Below are positions 1 to 14,802 of a stretch of DNA of 64,000 nucleotides, one piece after another. The notes beneath the pieces were generated by a model. It saw nothing but the letters and a program-made list of their open reading frames with translations, was not told the origin of the DNA and did no database searches. Positions within the stretch are counted from its first letter, which is position 1, and each line of letters opens with the position of its first letter. Position numbers and translations under genes: made by a program. Origin of the DNA: Eledone cirrhosa (taxonomy: Eukaryota); assembly GCA_964016885.1 (NCBI GenBank), contig OZ024742.1, positions 68,138,001 through 68,202,000 of the forward strand. The letters run 5' to 3'.

Positions 1-7
1 CATGTTA

Positions 8-39
<32 letters not shown>

Positions 40-54
40 GTGTGTATATATATA

Positions 55-92
<38 letters not shown>

Positions 93-93
<1 letters not shown>

Positions 94-160
94 GGAAAAA
101 ATGAAACGAAATTTCATTTCCCACTCTTAGTACGGCTGTTACTTAAATATAAGTGTGTAT
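93..160 (-). mobile_element. 3' terminus of Penelope-like element family also seen at 48418-49795
   Basis: Reverse complement cagccgtactaagagtgggaaatgaaatttcg...ttttcc(TA)n matches 49752-49795 cagctgtactaagagtgagaaatgaaatttc...ttcc(TA)n. Confidence 0.7.
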
Positions 161-183
161 ACGTACATACATATATGTATACA

Positions 184-788
184 GACGTACAGTAGTATGT
201 ATATATATATGTATATATATATATATATATATATACATACATACATGCACACATATATATATGTACGTATGGATTCACCAAACATTTATTATAATGCTCG
301 GTGTGTTTGTAAACAAACATCCCGTATTAAGCCGTAGTGTCTAGCAACCACCGTTGCTCGTCTGTTCAACACTAACAAAGGAACGCTGTACTAGTTTCAA
401 GCGTATTAGCTATCGCCAGCAACGTATACCTTCCTGCCAGATAGTTGAACGTCCGAAAGTATATAGTTTCCTTATGCATATTAACGGCTGAGTAGCCCAA
501 TTTGCATATCGAGTGGGTTAATCGGCCGGGTGCACCGAAAACGATAAACGGAAGGTATACGTTCCTGATGATAGCTAACAAGCTTGAAACTAGTACAGCG
601 TTCCTTTGTCAGTGTTGAACAACCGAGCAACGGTGGTGGCTAGACACTACGGCTTAATACGGGATGTTTGTTTACAAACACACCGAGCATTATAATAAAT
701 GTTTGGTGAATCCATACGTACATATATATATGTGTGCTTGTATGTATATATACATACTACTGTACGTCCGATTCAACCCGGAATAACG

Positions 789-789
<1 letters not shown>
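184..789. mobile_element. Head-to-head inverted Penelope-like pLTR insertion in (TA)n
   Basis: Arms ~184-434 and ~550-768 are reverse complements, each with a hammerhead motif. The right end attcaacccggaataac(TA)n is shared with 2120-2138 and 13024-13040. Confidence 0.8.
559..601 (+). ncRNA. Minimal type I hammerhead ribozyme (inverted partner at 383-425, - strand)
   Basis: acgttc CTGATGA t-agct-aaca-agct-t GAAA CTAG TA cagcgt with palindromic stem III. The partner has intact stem I (acgttg/cagcgt) but core CTGGCGA. Confidence 0.8.
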
Positions 790-821
<32 letters not shown>

Positions 822-834
822 GTGTGTGTATGTG

Positions 835-921
<87 letters not shown>

Positions 922-964
922 ATACGTATGTGTGTGTATATATATGTGTATGTATGTATGTGTG

Positions 965-1029
<65 letters not shown>

Positions 1030-1078
1030 ATACGTATGTGTGTGTATATATATGTGTATGTATGTATGTGTGTATGTG

Positions 1079-1130
<52 letters not shown>

Positions 1131-1338
1131 GATGTGTGTGTGTATATGTGTCTGTGTATATGTATGTATATATGTATATATGTATTTGTGTGTATATGTA
1201 TACACATGTATATTTGTGTTTGTATGTATGTGTGTGAGTGTATTTATATGTGTATATATGTGTGTGTGTATGTATGTGTATGTGTGTGTGTATGTGTATA
1301 TATATATGTGTGTGTATGTATATATATATACTTATATA

Positions 1339-1411
<73 letters not shown>

Positions 1412-1599
1412 GTGTGTATGTATATGTATGTATATGAATATATTTTTATATATGTGTGTGTGTTTTTATGTGTGTATATGTGTTTGTGTGTGTGTTTATG
1501 GTTGCGCGTAAGTGTGTGAGTGAGTATGTTTTTTTGTTTTTTTGTGAATGTGTCTGTTGATTTTTGGCATATAGTTGATTAGTTTAAGAGAAGTTCGAA

Positions 1600-2137
1600 G
1601 ATAATAGTAAGATATGCACTCAGTATTTTGAATCTGTCTGCAGAATTCTCTAGACCTTTGTCACTTAGTAGAACCTTAATGATTTTAGCTTTTAAAGAAT
1701 CTCCCTTTTCTTTAATTCTATCGACCATGACTGACCCCCCACTGATTTTATAGACATCTGTTAGCTTAAGAGAAACTTAATGACAAGGATTGGTATGCCA
1801 TCCGGAACCTGTTTATAGAATCCTGTCTGCCCTTGTTACTCTAAAAACATAAATAAATATAAATAAAAATAAACTATAGCTTTGTAGAATTAGCTTTTAA
1901 TGAATTCCCTTTTCTATCAACCAATGACCTGCACCCATCCCACTCCCCACCCTCTCCTACCACTTGTAGAGACCTATAAATACCATTTTTATTTTTTGAT
2001 ACCCAGATTCCTGATGATTTCTAATGAATGAAACAGTTCTAGTCCTGTAGAATCTCATCTATATTAAAACTTTTATACTCTGCTATGTATTGAGTACCTT
2101 ACTTACTGTGGTTACCTCCTATTCAACCCGGAATAAC

Positions 2138-2138
<1 letters not shown>
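1600..2138 (+). mobile_element. Penelope-like element 3' region (non-coding, 5'-truncated)
   Basis: Hammerhead plus TACTC/GAGTA hairpin plus 3' end tgtggttacct...attcaacccggaataac, which also ends the GIY-YIG copy at 12380-13046. The 5' boundary is approximate. Confidence 0.7.
2005..2055 (+). ncRNA. Canonical type I hammerhead ribozyme
   Basis: agattc CTGATGA t-ttc-taat-gaa-t GAAA cag-ttctagtc-ctg TA gaatct: all three stems and full core, predicted cleavage after GUA (2049). Confidence 0.9.
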
Positions 2139-2231
<93 letters not shown>

Positions 2232-2236
<5 letters not shown>

Positions 2237-2452
2237 TACACGGGTGTGTATAGAAGATTATACTAATAAAATGTAATTCCAACGTTGTCTGATTTATTCG
2301 TTTTATTTACAATCTATTAAAATGGTATTAGAATGAAATAGTATGGTAGAATATTAAATGTTAAGTGTTAATTGAACAAGTACTTTCATGCTTTCGCAAT
2401 CTTCATGTTCATATTCTGTGGTGACGGTCAAGTTTGCAATTTTCAACTGTAA
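2232..2452 (-). mobile_element. Penelope-like pLTR fragment with mutated hammerhead (2373-2410)
   Basis: Same family as 17293-17693; core reads ATGAAGA...GAAA GTAC TT. Confidence 0.75.
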
Positions 2453-2499
2453 TGAGATGGGAAAATGTTGTGCCTTATATACAGTATATATATATAAAA

Positions 2500-2595
<96 letters not shown>

Positions 2596-2689
2596 ATATA
2601 TATATAATTATATATATATATATATATAATTTTAATAAAACATATAATATATAATTTTAATAAATTTCAGATATTTATTATTATATATA

Positions 2690-3040
2690 TATATTGTTAT
2701 ACTTTGGGAGGGTCATGTTGCCAATAAGAAACACACGCACCAGTGCTTTCACTCCAATTTATTATAAATTAAATTTATAAATTCAAGAATTTATAAGAGG
2801 TCACAGAATGTGTGACGAAAGAACTTCGACAATATATGAACAACCGTCCGGTTATGGAACCAACCAACCAACCGGAAATGTATAAATTCTTAACTTTATA
2901 AATTTAATTTATAATAAATTGGAGTGAAAGCAACTGGTGCGTGTGTTTCTTATTGGCAACATGACCCTCCCAAAGTATAACAATATTGGTTTCAACACAC
3001 GTTTTCAGATAAAGAATCTTGCTAAACAAATTCAGAAACG

Positions 3041-3042
<2 letters not shown>
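2690..3042. mobile_element. Inverted-repeat insertion in (TA)n, probable Penelope-like remnant
   Basis: Arms ~2690-2795 and ~2881-2986 are reverse complements. The spacer has a hammerhead-like 3' half (gtcaca/tgtgac GAAA gaac TT). Confidence 0.6.
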
Positions 3043-3092
<50 letters not shown>

Positions 3093-3094
<2 letters not shown>

Positions 3095-3222
3095 CGAAGG
3101 AAATGTGGTAAGGAACCAGGTGGACCATAACGCACCAAAGTACTCAATACTTAGGGTAGTAGAGTGAGTCCAGAATTAGCCGTCGAAACGGCTTGAGCTC
3201 AGCTGTCGGGGTCTTACTTGTT

Positions 3223-3225
<3 letters not shown>
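3093..3225. mobile_element. Family A Penelope-like insertion (inverted tail plus hammerhead 3' half)
   Basis: aacgaaggaaatgtggtaagg... start and GAAAcggcttgagctcagctgTC...gttcct(TA)n end; related copies at 4734, 24552, 41575, 56432. Confidence 0.8.
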
Positions 3226-3306
<81 letters not shown>

Positions 3307-3494
3307 GCAATACTTTATATACTTTATATTCATTATAAAACTTTTTTTAAAAAAGAATTATCCTTCTCATTTTTTCAATAATGTTATCTATTTAATAATG
3401 TCACTTTGACGAATCAAAGAAAGGATAAAAAAAGAAAAACAAACCCTTGAATATATTTTCCGTGCTATTTCCAACTTCACCTTTTCTCTCTCAA

Positions 3495-4029
<535 letters not shown>

Positions 4030-4070
4030 GTGTGTGTGTATATATAATATATATGTATATATATATACAT

Positions 4071-4106
<36 letters not shown>

Positions 4107-4114
4107 GTATATAA

Positions 4115-4575
4115 ATAAAGTTGTATTACTGTCTATGGTTTTGGAGATAGACATATTCTAAAACTACATTGCCCAGGGTACTTGGATAAGTATATTTCAT
4201 TTGAATGAAAGGGTTCAGCGGGGGCACAAACCCCACTGAAAACCCCCACTGGAAATATTTTCCCTTCGATTTATATGAAATTTAAACCATAGGTAAATGA
4301 CAAGATATGATGCCTATTCACAAAAGTTTTGAATTGAAATTTTGAAAAAAATTATTTAAAAGAAACAAAATAAGAATAAGATTTAATAATGTAATTTTGA
4401 TTTGATATATTACAAACAATAATCTTTTCCAATTTTTCATGCATTACATTTTACATTGAGTAATATTGAAATGCAGAGTTTTTCTCCATATATTACATCA
4501 CTGATTTTAAATTAATCATCAATTTCTTACAAACAAATGTGTGACTCCGCGGCAAGAGGCGGGTAATTCGGCTAG
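4115..4575 (+). mobile_element. Non-autonomous Helitron-like repeat, 3' part
   Basis: Ends in a GC hairpin (ccgc...gcgg) then CTAG|T; body homologous to 41025-41548. Confidence 0.65.
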
Positions 4576-4694
4576 TATATATATATATATATGACTTATA
4601 GATTTTTATATAACTATTTATCTATCAATAAATTTCGTATCATTATATATATATATATACATGTTTGTATAAACGTATAATGTTCATGTGTATA

Positions 4695-4733
<39 letters not shown>

Positions 4734-4735
<2 letters not shown>

Positions 4736-4946
4736 CGAAGGAAATGTGGTAAGGAACCAGGTGGACCATAACGCACCAAAGTACTCAATACTTGGGGTAG
4801 TAGAGTGGGTAATAGGAACCAGTAAGACCCCGACAGCTGAGCTCAAGCCGGGTCTTACTGGTTCCTATTACCCACTCTACTACCCCAAGTATTGAGTACT
4901 TTGGTGCGTTATGGTCCACCTGGTTCCTTACCACATTTCCTTCGTT
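4734..4946. mobile_element. Family A near-perfect hairpin insertion
   Basis: 4734-4830 and 4850-4946 are reverse complements, flanked by (TA)n. Confidence 0.85.
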
Positions 4947-5654
4947 ATATATATATATATACTAGCTGAGCTACCCGTTGATACCCTGGTGTATTTTATG
5001 AAAGTTACAATATATTCGGCACACATTACGAAATATTTGACCATTCAAATATGATTGCTGAATTTTAACCAAAGTAGGAATTATGGCAGAATATTTTTTG
5101 CCGTTTGGTCAAAGTAAATCATCTAGATAAAAATATTAGTTTTTTCCAGTGGTGATTTTTTTAATACTGCTCCCTATTACAGTCACCATATATAATACTT
5201 TACTCATAGATGAATCATTAGGTACGTTGTTAGGGCATGACCAAAAACATACATTTAGATTTTTTTATTTATCCTTTTCTTTCTTTTATTTTTTTTTTTT
5301 TGCTCAATCTGAGCCTCTGTAATTCAAATAACATGTAAAGACTATTTTAAAAACCATAAATAAAATAATAAAATAAATTTAGCATTGGTTTGTGATTAAA
5401 TGAAGCATTTACTTACTCATTTCTGTAATTCGGGGAAAGTGTATTTAAAATTGTACACTGTAGCTTTCACCAATCTTTGCCTCTATGGCAGTAGGATCTT
5501 GTTTGAGGGAGATTTGTTTTCTATTTCCATTAGCTATACCAACAGTTATAGTGGCTCACATGACATGGTGGCTGCCAACTCGTTTTCGAGTAGGGCCACT
5601 ACTTTATATCCATGTAGGAGAACCCCTACCGATGCGCTGAACGAGTGTGAGTTT

Positions 5655-6594
5655 TTAGCAGCCAATTATGATTGCAACTTCATCAGTGACAGGTGCATTG
5701 AATCTGCATTCATGTTCTGAAGCAGGGCGTTTGTCTGCCCTAATGATGATTTTACGATCTCTGGTGTTGTTCATATGCTCCAGTGTATATTTAAATTCAC
5801 TGACGTACATGTGATGTTGGTGAAGCATTTCTTTTAACTTTATGACTATGTAGAACTGCAATCCACCATGGACATTGTGCCTGTGTTTCATTTCGACCCA
5901 TGAAGTAAACCTGCACAAATTTGTGAGGCTCCTGTGAAAGTGGTAGAAGGCCACCCATTAAGTGGTAACACTGTCCCTGAATTATATAAGTTGTACAGAA
6001 TCTAAAGTCAGTCACATTCCTGTCAGCCCCAAAAGATGTCATTTGAAAGGCAGAATTATATTTTATGATGTATTTATTGAAGTATCGTGCTTCAGGTGTA
6101 TGCTGAAGGAGAAGATTCTTCAGAAATTCAGGAGGTTCTTGTATTGTTTTAAGGCTCACTTTGCTTTTTGAGCAGCATAGACTTGGTATTTCTTCTGCCC
6201 ACTTCTTGGCACCACAATACTGGCAGCATTTGTCCATTTTCCCAATGTTGATTTGTGGATTACTGCTGTAGTTCTTTTGGGGCTCATAAGAAAAAGCACC
6301 CATCAGCCAGTTCATTTTACTTGTGGCTTGTGCTCCTGCTCGGGCAGTAGAACGATGTGCTTGCTTAGCATTTTGTCTGATTTGCTGCTGTTCCTTAATT
6401 TGTTGTTCTCGTGTAGCAACAGTACTTTGTTCCCTTTCATCCAAACGGTGTGCTCGTGCTAAACCTGTTTGGGCTCTGTTAGCAGCTAGACGGGCATGCG
6501 GAATTTCTTAACTTTCTGCAGATCGCTGTGTTTTCTTTCTCTTAGCCCCTGAAGATGACCTTCCATATAATGATATGGAACGTTTTCTAGGCAT
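5655..6594 (-). pseudogene. Helitron RepHel N-terminal region (frameshifted)
   Basis: IGKMDKCCQYCGAKKW..SLCCSKSKV, YNSAFQMTSFGA, IQGQCYHLMGGLLP, EHECRFNAP..EVAI are typical pre-Rep Helitron motifs. Confidence 0.85.
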
Positions 6595-6620
6595 TTGATG
6601 TGATATTATTACACACCACA

Positions 6621-6686
6621 CGATAAAATAAAGTACCAGTAATGCACTGGAATAATTGCTGGCTTTGTGCCAAAAGTAGAAACAAT
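6621..6686 (+). mobile_element. 5'-truncated SINE inserted in the Helitron
   Basis: SINE tail gataaaataaagtaccag...gtagaaacaa flanked by a ~15-bp duplication tattacacaccacac. Confidence 0.85.
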
Positions 6687-7843
6687 TATTACACACCACA
6701 CTCTTTCCGAAATAGAAACAACTATAGAATGTATTGTTCACTCAGTAAAGTTGTTTTCAATGATCTCTTTATATGAATGTATATTAGGTGTAATTAATTT
6801 TAGACATATTTAGAAAATATTGGGATTTCAGATTGCATCAAAAAAAACGACAAATACTACAAAAAAAAATATTTTCTGTGTTAATTCAAATAACAGCGGA
6901 AAATAATATATTCAAATATCTTTTAAAAATACCGGTTTTTTTTTGTCCGTTAAATACATACATATATACAACTTCTATAAAAGCATCTGTGATTTCTTTA
7001 GACATATGTAGAAAATAATCTTTGATGGTAACATATATCGTCTGCTAAAGGACGCCCCCCCCCCCCCATAACACACATATGTGTGTGTAAATATACATAT
7101 AAACGCGGACACGCGTTAGTTAAAGAATCCCTCCAATCACCCTCCCTCTCTCCTCCCTCTTTACTGTTTTTTCTGTCTCCCATCTTTTCTCTTTTCTTAT
7201 TGTCTTTTTCTCCCCATCCGCCTCACTCCCTTTCTCTTTCTCATCTCCTCTCTTTCTTTCTCTCACACATCCTTATACAATAGCAAACAAAAAATAAATA
7301 ACATTGGGCGAGTTAAGAAGTGTGTAAAAATAATAAATAAATAAAAGTTAAGAACGCTGGTTACTTTCCCTCTCTCTCTTTCATCGTCTTTCTCTCTCAT
7401 CCCCTTACTCTCTTTCATCCCCTTACTCTCTTGCCCATCTCCCACTCTCTCTCTCTCTCTCTCTCTCATCCCTTACTCTCTTTCTTTCTCTCTCACATCC
7501 TCTTACTCTCTCTCCCACCCACTCTCTCTCTCTTTCTCTCTCATTCCTTACTCTCTCTTTCTCTCTCCCATCACTCTTTTATCTACAGACTGGAGAACAT
7601 AAAAAAACAAAATGGATGATCTCTTTTGATATTCATTAGAAAATAAGATTAATTGAATTTAAATGAATTCCTTGCTTTGCAAAATAAAACCTTTTCGACC
7701 GTTACCTGTCCGAGTGTATAATGAATATGTACATGTAATTTTGAGGAGTTTGGTCCGGTAGTTTGCTAGTTTTAGGCGGACACACGGAATCGTAAACTGG
7801 CATTTACATATATAGATAGATAGATATATATATGGGCTTAAGA

Positions 7844-7896
<53 letters not shown>

Positions 7897-7987
7897 TATA
7901 CACTTAAGCCCATGATGATTACGTTATCCTATGTAAGATTTTATGTACAAAATATTGTATTATGCTTTTATTCCTTGTCACTATATA

Positions 7988-8055
<68 letters not shown>

Positions 8056-10539
8056 TGTATGTATGTATGTATGTATACAGAGAGGGGGCAGAGTGAGAGA
8101 GATTTACATGATCATTCCGATGTTGAATGCAAACGCCGCAGGGCTTAAATCGTTGTTTGTGAAAGAAAACAAATAATATGTACTGATTTAGAAACCAGCT
8201 GCCCACTCGTTTAAAACTTTTTATCCAAAGATCTCTGAGAAAGAAAGTATACTCACATACATATATACATACGTACATTATTATGTACATGTTATATATA
8301 TATATATTTAAGATAACAGAGTAGATTTCTTTAGACCATTTAGTAGCTTTACAAATACAAATGTTTCAATAAAACTTATTCAATAATGCATGTTATTTCA
8401 ATTTAGTTATTGGCAGTATTAACTCCCTTCGGATCAAATTCATTTGTTATATATAAACATATCCGCGCGTGTGTGTGTATGTGTGTATGTCTATATGTGT
8501 GTATATGTGTGTGTTTATATATAATATTGGCTATCGAAACAGGATAAATAAAACTCTTCAAATGGGTAGAATGATATATATTTTATTATAAGTGAGCAAG
8601 TCTGCTGGCCCCATTTCTCCTCCCTAAGAATGTTTTACCTGATTTTTAAAGCTATTATATTGCGCAAAACTAATTTACTTCGTCTACTCTAGAAATGTTG
8701 TTGTCCCAAAATAAATTACCATAGCATTTGCTGTTCACCATAAATAATAGTTCAGAATTTTGGATTGCATAACTAATGCATGTTTTTTAAAAATCCGTCC
8801 TCAACAGCCTTTGTAATTTACTCTATTGATGGCAACGGATGTCAAATCACGTATGTAGTCTCAATAATTCTCCTGGCGGATATAAAGAAATGGAAACTAT
8901 AATGAAATGGAAAATCTATATTTAGTAATGGATAAAGGAAAGCAAATTCACTGGTTAAAGGTTGAATGTATCAAGTTATTTGTTAAAAAGATAAGTTTAT
9001 TTACGAACAGCTAAATAGAGATCCTCTTGTTACGAGGAAAACAAAATCAGTGGAGATTGAACTCGCAAAGGCTTGTTCGAATAATTCAAAAAGCGTTGTA
9101 ATGTTTCTAATATTGTGAGACATGGCAAAGCTATCAACTCAAACGCAGTCACTGCAACAAATAACTTGCTGTATTTTTAAACTTGTGAAGGAGAGTAAGT
9201 TATGTTCTCATCTGATTATTAGCTGTCATTAAGCAGGCCTTTTGGGGGAAAATATCCTGGGAATAGGTGAGGGATACATCACAAAGATGGAGGTCAGATT
9301 GCTTGAACATAACACGATGGTTGCTTCCACTAAGGTTGCTTTTATGCCCTAATGCTTCAGGAGATTTGAAAGTGAAATCACTCCTAGTGTATCATTCAGA
9401 AAGCCTTTAAGAAAAATATCAAAATCAGGTTTCGTGTTCAGTGGGCTTATATCTCGAGGAATTGTTTACTTGGAACGTGTTTACTGGTTTACTGTGGGTT
9501 TACTAATGTGTTTTCTCCCACTGTATACGATTACCTCAGATAAAAACTTCTTCCAATTGTTAAGTATATTATTCCACCAGACGACCACAGCCTCAAGGAC
9601 CAAATGACACAGGACTGATTTCATCAAAGGTTGTTTCCTGCCTCATAAACCCACTTTACTGCGATAGCCAAACATGGATAATTAATTGACTACGTTAACA
9701 AATTATACTTTAAGCATCTGTTCAAGACCTGTTTTAAAGGGATTTCGTCTATTGGGATGACAAATGGCTTTGAGAAACATCACTTCAGTAGTGCAGCTGT
9801 TTTCTGTTTAATGGTGAAGACATTGAGAGAATATTATTCTAAATTGTTACACTCTTCTCGGAGAGCATTAAGCCTGATACTGTCTCTTCAATGGAGAGCC
9901 TCTATTTGAAGAAATTGTATGTTTCAGCAGGTCAATTAGCCTCAATGTGAATGAAGAGAGCAGACATTATTTAGTTGAGAAGCAGGGAAGAATAGACTAC
10001 AGTAATCCCCACTTTGTATTTTCTTTTTGAAAATAACCCGACTCTACTTCTACTGTTTTTATCATCAATGAGAGACGATCCAGATAATTATCATGTAGAA
10101 GAATTTAGTTAACCTAAAACACTATTAACAACGAAGGGTTAACAATTTTCGTTATCTAAATAACTTCATTTCTTCCCAACCCACTGCTGTCTTCCACATA
10201 AACAACCAGCCAAACGCAAGTAACATGTCTGATTTTTCAAATATAAATTTATGACTTTTTTTTAATTTTAATTAATTTATTTAAACGAACGATTGTCACG
10301 TTGAATTATTTCTCTTTGTTAAAATATCTTACAGATTCATTCTTACCATGAACTTAATCACATTATTGATTAATTTTTCTTTTTAATTTGTGCAGATCTT
10401 TTAAATGATATTTATCTTGCAATAATCTTTGTTTATTCTCTAATGTTTATTATATCTCCATGAAAGAAATATATAAAGTAATCTTTGGACTTTTTAAAAA
10501 TTATTTATAAATTAGTATAGTTAATACGAAGCATTGTGT

Positions 10540-10945
10540 AATAAAATGCCGATAGGTTTCAAAAACCCGGTGCAATGCGGTAGAAAACTATGAAGGGCAA
10601 ATGATGACAAATAACACAAAACTATGTAATGTGTTACCCAGTATATTTCAACATATTTCAGGGATGTCGCCTTCTGTTCAAATGTGGAGCAGAAACAGTT
10701 AAAAAAAGAAGAGCGATCCATGTATTCTTCTTTAATTTTCAGACAGGTAGGTCAGTTAATGAATAACCCGTCGATCGTTCCTTTAGTTTTGAACTGCTTC
10801 AGCCCACATTTGAAAAGAGGGTTTATCCCTGAAATATCATGTTGAAACATACTGAAAAAAGCGTTACTTTGTTTTGTTTATTTGCCCTTTATATTTTTCT
10901 ACCGCATTGTACCGGCCTTTTGAAACTTACCGGTCTTATATTATT
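10540..10945. mobile_element. Old foldback/MITE-like inverted repeat
   Basis: ~190-bp diverged arms (ccggtgcaatgcggtagaaaa / tttttctaccgcattgtaccgg; ttcaaatgtgg / ccacatttgaa). Confidence 0.7.
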
Positions 10946-11059
10946 TAGTCTTTATATATAAATATTTATTTTTGCAATGTATTACTTAATTGTACAAATA
11001 TAACATTGTATTTAATATATACACTGATTAGCTTTCAAAGGTATGGTTTCCATATAGAC

Positions 11060-11500
11060 TTTCTGATTAGAACAAAATGTCCCTAATATTGGAACTGCTG
11101 TGGAAATAATTAGATTCGGTAACATAGATACTGGAGTACGGTGGAGAACTGATTGTGCAAGTATTGAAAAGTTGATTGCTTACAACCAAATGCGTTGAAC
11201 TGGTCATGTTATCAGGATGGACGACACCACTTTGCACAGGAGATAGTTATAGGGAGAGCTTTTAAATTAAAATAGGCCAAATCATAAACCAAAGAAACGA
11301 TTCAAAAATGTGGTTAGCGATATTTAAAGATTCTCAATATGGATATTGCAAATTGGGAATCCTTAGCTAAGAAGTTGGAGTAGCAGGAATAAGGATAGTT
11401 AAAAGACGTTTGAGGCAAAACCCATTAAACATGCAGAGCGCATAAGATACTTACGAAGAGGAGTAAACAGAGATTCCAGAATATTTCAATCCAAAATTTA
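11060..11500 (+). pseudogene. RTE-clade LINE C-terminal remnant
   Basis: Degenerate QMR*TGHVIRMDD...GEL...HKPKKRFK motif. Confidence 0.65.
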
Positions 11501-11777
11501 CATGTAATATGTGCGAAAGAGTACTGCTTTCTAGAGCTGCTCTCGTTAGTCACTAAAACTTGTATATAATTGTATTTGTTGTTTGTGGAGAAATTTGTTA
11601 TTCTCAAAGGAGTCTCAGCAGATATTGTAATATAATCAGAGCCACAGTATTCATTTTAAGTGTAGAATTTGTGAGAAAACATACGGCTCTGGCAAGAGTC
11701 TCTTGCATTCCCACAATCGGGTATTTATCGTCGACATTTGAAGATGTGGCAATATTCTGAAAGGAATCAGCAATCAT

Positions 11778-11834
<57 letters not shown>

Positions 11835-11835
11835 C

Positions 11836-11879
<44 letters not shown>

Positions 11880-11965
11880 TGTGTGTGTGTTCGTATAGTA
11901 AAAAACACAAGGGCAATGAGCCAAAAACACAATTTCCCCTTGTAGAAATATGCTCTACTTTATAT

Positions 11966-12133
11966 AATCGTTTCTACTTTTGGCACAAGGCCAGCAATTA
12001 CCTAGTTCATTACTTTATTGACCCCGTAAGGATGAAAGGCAAAGTTAACCTCGGCGGGATTTGAACTCAGAATGGCAACGGCCGTAACTCTATGCGTCAA
12101 AGCATTGTGTCTGACCCTCTACCGATACTGCCA
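11966..12133 (-). mobile_element. tRNA-derived SINE (Meta-domain-like body)
   Basis: B box gagttcaaatccc and body gcctttcatccttacggggtc; duplication tttatataat. Confidence 0.85.
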
Positions 12134-12292
12134 TTTATATAATAAGTACGAAGCTATATAAATTATATATAACTAAATGAGCACGTATATAAGGTTGTTA
12201 CTCAAAATAATATTCAAAGCATGCGCATGAATATAATGTAATCAAATTTCTGTTAAAATCACACACACGCACACACATACTCACACACATAC

Positions 12293-12349
<57 letters not shown>

Positions 12350-12379
12350 TACACACATACATACGCTCAACCTTAAAAC

Positions 12380-13042
12380 TAATGTAAGAAAAACATTTTT
12401 AGCCCTTTTAGATAGACACTTTACCATAGGTCACAAATACCGCTCCATCTTTAACAGACACAGAGTAAAACTAGGGTACTCCTGTGCTAAGAATATGAAG
12501 GCCCACATCACCAACAGTCCTAAGAGCGGGACCCCACCAGGATGCTCTTGCCGAACGCTTGAAGGTTTTCCCCTTCAACAGCAATACAACACACCCGCTG
12601 TAGTTTATGAAGCTGTGGTCACTTCCAACCGACCAAATCAACCACAAGAGGTCAAATCCTATGTAGGTATGGCGGAGCGCCGATTTAAGGAACACTTCCT
12701 GAACCATCAGTCGACCTTTAGGTACCCGAACAAACGATCAACCACGAAGCTCGCGAGCCACGTATGGTACCCTCAAAACTCAGGTATAGACTAGTCCAGT
12801 CAATGGAAAGCTATCACTAAGTCAAAGCCATACGTAAGGGGCAGTCTTGTAGACTGCGTATTGAAGAAAGGATAAATATTCTAAGGAGATTATGCAATAG
12901 CGATTGCCGAAATTCAAGAAATGACATCTTCTCACGTTGTCCACACCTCTTGCATAACTACAAAGCTCTAGATTGAATAACAATAAGATTCTAATTTTTT
13001 AATCAACTCTGTGGTTACCTGCGATTCAACCCGGAATAACTT

Positions 13043-13046
<4 letters not shown>
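12380..13046 (+). mobile_element. Penelope-like (Naiad-type) retroelement 3' fragment with GIY-YIG endonuclease pseudogene
   Basis: GCSCR..FPLQQQ..VVYEA..SYVGMAERRFKEHFLNHQSTF..TKLASHVW..NSRNDIFSRCPH; ends in (TA)n. Confidence 0.85.
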
Positions 13047-13080
<34 letters not shown>

Positions 13081-13082
<2 letters not shown>

Positions 13083-13420
13083 AAGGCGGATAAAATTCCC
13101 GAGATCCATGGACGAGTTCTCTCCAGCGGCCTCTGTCCCTCATTATCGCTGCCATGTCCTGCGTCTCCAACAGACCTGTGTCTGTCCTTAGGGCATCAAC
13201 ATACGTTAACCTTGGTCTTTCTCTTCCAGCATGTCCATGTAGGGGCTCCCACAGGAGCACTGAGTGCAATGTCAACTCTGGATGTCCGTGAGCATGTCCA
13301 GCTAACCCCAGTCTCCTCTGTGTCACTTTTGAGCTGACTTTTGGGAGGCTACCATACAGCTCTGAGTTTGTCATCCTCAGTGTATACTGATTAATGTTCA
13401 GAGCAATCCTCAGCATTCTC
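13081..13420 (-). pseudogene. RTE-type LINE 3' end
   Basis: NSELYGSLPKVS..RRLGLAGH..HPE..LLWEP..RPRLTYVDAL..R.RWR. Confidence 0.8.
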
Positions 13421-14567
13421 GTATATATATAGTATATTTGGCAATATACTGTATGCTTAATTAAAAGCATTTTGAAGACCTTGCGCTATTATTTTAAAGT
13501 AGTGACTATGTCACTTATTTCTTTTTTCAACAAACATCTATAATCCAACATTTAATTCCGCTTTTGAATGGCTGTCAGATATTTAACCCTTTGATCTGTT
13601 TTCTTCCGATTTGTCATTTTTTTTTTTCGTCTGTCCTTAAAGAACTCCCTTTTACTTCAGTGTTTTCCTTTCTGATAAAGAACTAATATTGAAAACGGTG
13701 AAAGTATTTGTGATTCTTAGTTTAAGTGCTATACAAATATAGTTTTGTTTCAAACTGTTGCCTCTTTTGAATTGTATTATATATGATGAAGATGGGGATG
13801 TGCAGGATACTGTTACTACTGCTGCTGCTGTTAAAGTTGATGAAGATGATGATGATGATGACGACGACGATGCACTCTATAATCATGAGCCGAAATAGAC
13901 AATAAATTTCTTATTGTTGCTGTCGGAGTAAAGTTTTGTTCTATTTTGTTGTATTTTTTCTGGCACGCTTCACATAGATGAATGAAGAACAAAAGCATAA
14001 AGCAACACAGTACACATGATATATTTTTTTTAATATATTGATAAACGTAACCATTTTTAGAAACATCTAGTACTGCTGAATATCGGTTAATGAATGTTGT
14101 ACTTAATTCAGGATGACGTTACTCGTTTGGCCATACATTATATGGCAGTTGCTGACATCAAGAATGGTTGATATATAAATTGATCAGAAACAAACAAAGG
14201 AGTGAAGCGGTCGCATCATGTGTTAACTAGACTAGAAATAGATTCTGTGTAAGTTAGTAGTACGAAAAATAACGTACATATATAATACGACTAAAGGAAT
14301 AGGTTTATTTCATTCAATGGTCGCTGGCAAAATAAATAGCCATTAAAAAACCCCGTTTTAATGTCGTGCGGGACAACAATTTCATATTATCTTTATTTAG
14401 TATATTCAAGTTATTTGTTCACGTTTGTTTAATTCACGTAGATATAGATTCATAGCAGCGACTCCTCGTTGTGGTATTGTGCAATGGCAGTGATTAAATA
14501 GCTTTATTAGATGTACTAAAATTGTACTGCCTAGTTTTATTTGTGTTTAATTAATAACATATATATG

Positions 14568-14802
<235 letters not shown>

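Larger units (their letters stand above)
4962..7012 (-). mobile_element. Internally deleted Helitron
   Basis: 5' TCTACATAT at 7012; 3' GC-rich subterminal motif and CTAG|T at 4962; Rep N-terminal coding remnant inside. Confidence 0.75.

Noticed and set aside
690-1519. Long YI/CV/HT-repeat ORFs here and throughout the window
   Set aside because: They are translations of stop-free (TA)n, (TG)n and (CA)n microsatellites
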